DNA of 64,000 nucleotides from Escherichia coli (GTDB lineage Bacteria; Pseudomonadota; Gammaproteobacteria; Enterobacterales; Enterobacteriaceae): NCBI RefSeq assembly GCF_050920415.1, contig NZ_CP169309.1; one strand, 5' to 3'. Shown piece by piece: positions 61,547 to 64,000 of this stretch (position 1 is its first letter; each line of letters starts with the position of its first letter). The notes under the pieces were generated by a model. It saw only the letters and a program-made list of their open reading frames with translations, ran no database searches and was not told where the DNA came from. The position numbers and the translations under genes were made by a program.

Positions 61547-62986
61547 TTACGACTGTAAATAAACCACCTGGGTCTGCAGGTATTCATGCAAGCCATGTTT
61601 GCCATCTGCGCCGCCAATACCGGATTTACGCCATCCGGCGTGGAATCCTTGCATAGCTTCGAAGTTTTCACGGTTGATGTAAGTTTCACCAAACTTCAGC
61701 CCTTTAATAGCTTTCATCGCGACGTTCAGATTTTGGGTATAGAGTGATGAGGTCAGGCCGTAATCACTGTCATTAGCCATTGCGATAGCCTCTTCCAGCG
61801 TGTCAAATGCGACCACTGGCAGCACCGGGCCAAAGGTTTCCTCGTGCATAATCGACATTTCCTGACGAACATCCAGCAGCAAAGTCGGCGGATAATAATA
61901 TCCTTTCCCCTCAACCGCTTTGCCCCCCAACGCTACCCTCGCCCCCTCTTCGACTGCGCGCGCCACTTTTTGCTCGACCCTTTCCAGCGCCGCGGCGTTA
62001 ATCAACGGCCCCATCGCAATGTCGTTGCGTTCAGCGGGGTTACCAAATTGAACCGCCTGCATCGCTTCACCCAGCCGATTGACGAAATGATCATAAATGC
62101 CTTTCTGTACATAAACACGTTCTGCACAGTTACACACTTGCCCACTATTAATGACGCGTGAATCAACGATGGCTTTGACTGCCAGTTCAAGATCGGCATC
62201 GTCCATTACGATAGCTGGTGCTTTACCACCCAATTCCAGACACACTTTTGTGATATTTTTTGCTGCAGTCGCCATGATCTTTTCACCTGCAGAGACGCTG
62301 CCTGTCATACTGACCATTGCGACCTTTGGGTTACCCGCCAGTTCTTGCCCAACGGTTTCACCACGCCCCAGCACAAGGTTAAACACACCGCGTGGAAGGC
62401 CTATTTCATCGACAATTTTGGCAAAAGCAATCGCATTGTTTGGCGTAAATTCACTGGGTTTAATGACGATAGTATTACCGGTCAAAAGAGCGGGAGCCAT
62501 TTTGCGGGCAATGAGGAAGAACGGGAAGTTCCACGGCAGAATGCCGGTAGTCACGCCAAGCGCACGTTTAAAGAGAAGAATATTTTCTCCTGGACGATCG
62601 CTTTGAATAATCTCACCTTCGTAACGCCGCGCCCACTCTGCCATGTAATCGATATAATCCGCAGTAAATGCTACCTCAACTTCGGCCAGCTGCTGGAGCT
62701 TGCCCCCTTCTTCAACAATCAGCGCACTGATTTCACTGGCGCGTTCGCGGATCCCGACGGCGATTTTGCGTAACCAACTGGCGCGTTCAATGGCAGGCAA
62801 TGCTTCCCATTCTGGCTGCGCGCGCTCTGCGGCGTCGATTGCTTTGCGAGCATCTTCAGCCTGACCATCGGGAATGCGGGAAATCACCGCCTCTGTTGCG
62901 GGGTTAACCACATCAATCCATGCGTCTCCACGCCAGGTAACAAACTGTCCATCTATATACATAGGATGTTGAACGGGTACTGACAT
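61547..62986 (-). CDS. aldA: Lactaldehyde dehydrogenase (aldehyde dehydrogenase family)
   Basis: 479-aa ORF MSVPVQHPMYIDGQFVTWRGDAWIDVVNPATEAVIS...; ...ELGGKAPAIVMDDADLE... and Cys context GQVCNCAERV. Confidence 0.9.
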   Translation of the reverse strand: MSVPVQHPMYIDGQFVTWRGDAWIDVVNPATEAVISRIPDGQAEDARKAIDAAERAQPEWEALPAIERASWLRKIAVGIRERASEISALIVEEGGKLQQLAEVEVAFTADYIDYMAEWARRYEGEIIQSDRPGENILLFKRALGVTTGILPWNFPFFLIARKMAPALLTGNTIVIKPSEFTPNNAIAFAKIVDEIGLPRGVFNLVLGRGETVGQELAGNPKVAMVSMTGSVSAGEKIMATAAKNITKVCLELGGKAPAIVMDDADLELAVKAIVDSRVINSGQVCNCAERVYVQKGIYDHFVNRLGEAMQAVQFGNPAERNDIAMGPLINAAALERVEQKVARAVEEGARVALGGKAVEGKGYYYPPTLLLDVRQEMSIMHEETFGPVLPVVAFDTLEEAIAMANDSDYGLTSSLYTQNLNVAMKAIKGLKFGETYINRENFEAMQGFHAGWRKSGIGGADGKHGLHEYLQTQVVYLQS

Positions 62987-63181
62987 GGGCGACTCCTGTG
63001 ATTTATATGTTTGTTTTTGGTAAATGTATTGTTAATTAACATCAATCATCATAGAGACGGCATCGTGAAAGGACAATTCTGTGAAGGGCTTCATAAAAAG
63101 AAGGGTAAAAGGAATAAAAGGCAGAAAAAAAAGTAAGGAGTCATGCCCGTTTGCAAACAGTTGTTCTCAAACGGGCAATTT

Positions 63182-63982
63182 TCAACGTAGCGAGCGACTT
63201 TCCATCGCCTCGATAAGCACAGCATCGTGTTTCAGCGTTTGCCATGCCTGGGTGACTTCTGCAGGAAAATCAACGTGAACGATAAAATCTCGCCCACGGG
63301 GACCATAGCCATCACTATCATCGCGTAAACGTGGCATCTCACCGGTAAGCAGTGATAGATAACGCTCAACCGGCCATAATCCTTCTAACTGGTTAATAAA
63401 GATTACACTGTCTTCGTTATTTCCCAACTGAGGAACGAATCCGGGATAACTTAACCAACGAGGTGCGTCTGGATTGTCACCGGTAATACGACGGAACGTC
63501 GCCATTGTGCGCCGCTGCATGGTGGGATCCTGTACAACAATAGCGGTGTGAACTCGTTCTACGGCCTGATTCAGTAGAGCAATGCTAAAGCGTGCGTTTT
63601 CACCGCAGTTTGTTGACTGGTCTTCAATCCAGATTTTTTCATGCGGAATGTGCCAGAACTGATGAGCGATATCCGCCAGGATGGTAGCTTCTGCTCTGCC
63701 AGTGGTGCGGATAGTGTTGTAGTGCGGATGCTGTGCGATGGCGCTATACAAAAAAGTTGTCGAGTGACCGATACCACCACTAATCAGTAGAGGAATTTGC
63801 TGATCGCGGGCAATCTTACATGCCGCATCGATAGTCGGCATAACCGCATTGCCTGCAAGGATCACGCAATCGGCCTGATACGGCACCTCACCGGAGAAAT
63901 CATCCTGCGCCAGCCACTGACCGATAACATTTATGGCATCTATGGTTGCCGGCGAAAGCGTCGGAAACGGGGTAATGTTCAT
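63182..63982 (-). CDS. ydcF: DUF218 domain protein
   Basis: 266-aa [32 protein letters not shown]... Confidence 0.8.
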   Translation of the reverse strand: MNITPFPTLSPATIDAINVIGQWLAQDDFSGEVPYQADCVILAGNAVMPTIDAACKIARDQQIPLLISGGIGHSTTFLYSAIAQHPHYNTIRTTGRAEATILADIAHQFWHIPHEKIWIEDQSTNCGENARFSIALLNQAVERVHTAIVVQDPTMQRRTMATFRRITGDNPDAPRWLSYPGFVPQLGNNEDSVIFINQLEGLWPVERYLSLLTGEMPRLRDDSDGYGPRGRDFIVHVDFPAEVTQAWQTLKHDAVLIEAMESRSLR

Positions 63983-64000
63983 GGTTCCTCCTTATCGTTC

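Overview
This window reads as an Escherichia coli chromosomal segment, reverse-complemented relative to the usual K-12 map: fdnG (5' part, with an in-frame UGA selenocysteine codon) - yddG - yddL/yddK/yddJ - narU-narZYWV - yddE - nhoA - yddH - a mobile-element scar - yncG - ansP - yncE - yncD - mcbR - curA - mnaT - ydcZYX - yncL - a low-GC acetyltransferase islet - patD-ydcVUTS - ydcR - hicB remnant - yncJ - rlhA(ydcP) - ydcN - ydcO - ydcL - tehBA - ydcK - rimL - ydcH - opgD - ydcJ - ydcI - trg - ydcA - rydC - cybB - gapC - aldA - ydcF. All gene identifications come from reading the supplied ORF translations against remembered protein families and K-12 synteny; no database search or computation was run, so hand-derived boundaries are approximate to a few nt. 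Most of the window is ordinary core genome. The accessory content is concentrated in three places: (1) 18.7-25.3 kb, a nested mobile-element scar holding an IS256-family transposase remnant, an intact ISAs1-family (H-repeat) transposase, a group II intron with an intact reverse transcriptase and a canonical domain V, four AT-rich orphan ORFs of unknown function, and a complete IS2 with a 5-bp target duplication; (2) 5.0-7.6 kb, two tandem AT-rich leucine-rich-repeat proteins beside an intact porin; (3) 35.4-36.7 kb, an AT-rich islet encoding a Vat/XAT-class hexapeptide acetyltransferase. The best candidates for something undescribed are the four orphan ORFs and the intron; I could not assign a function to the former from sequence alone. 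No rRNA, tRNA or CRISPR array was recognised.
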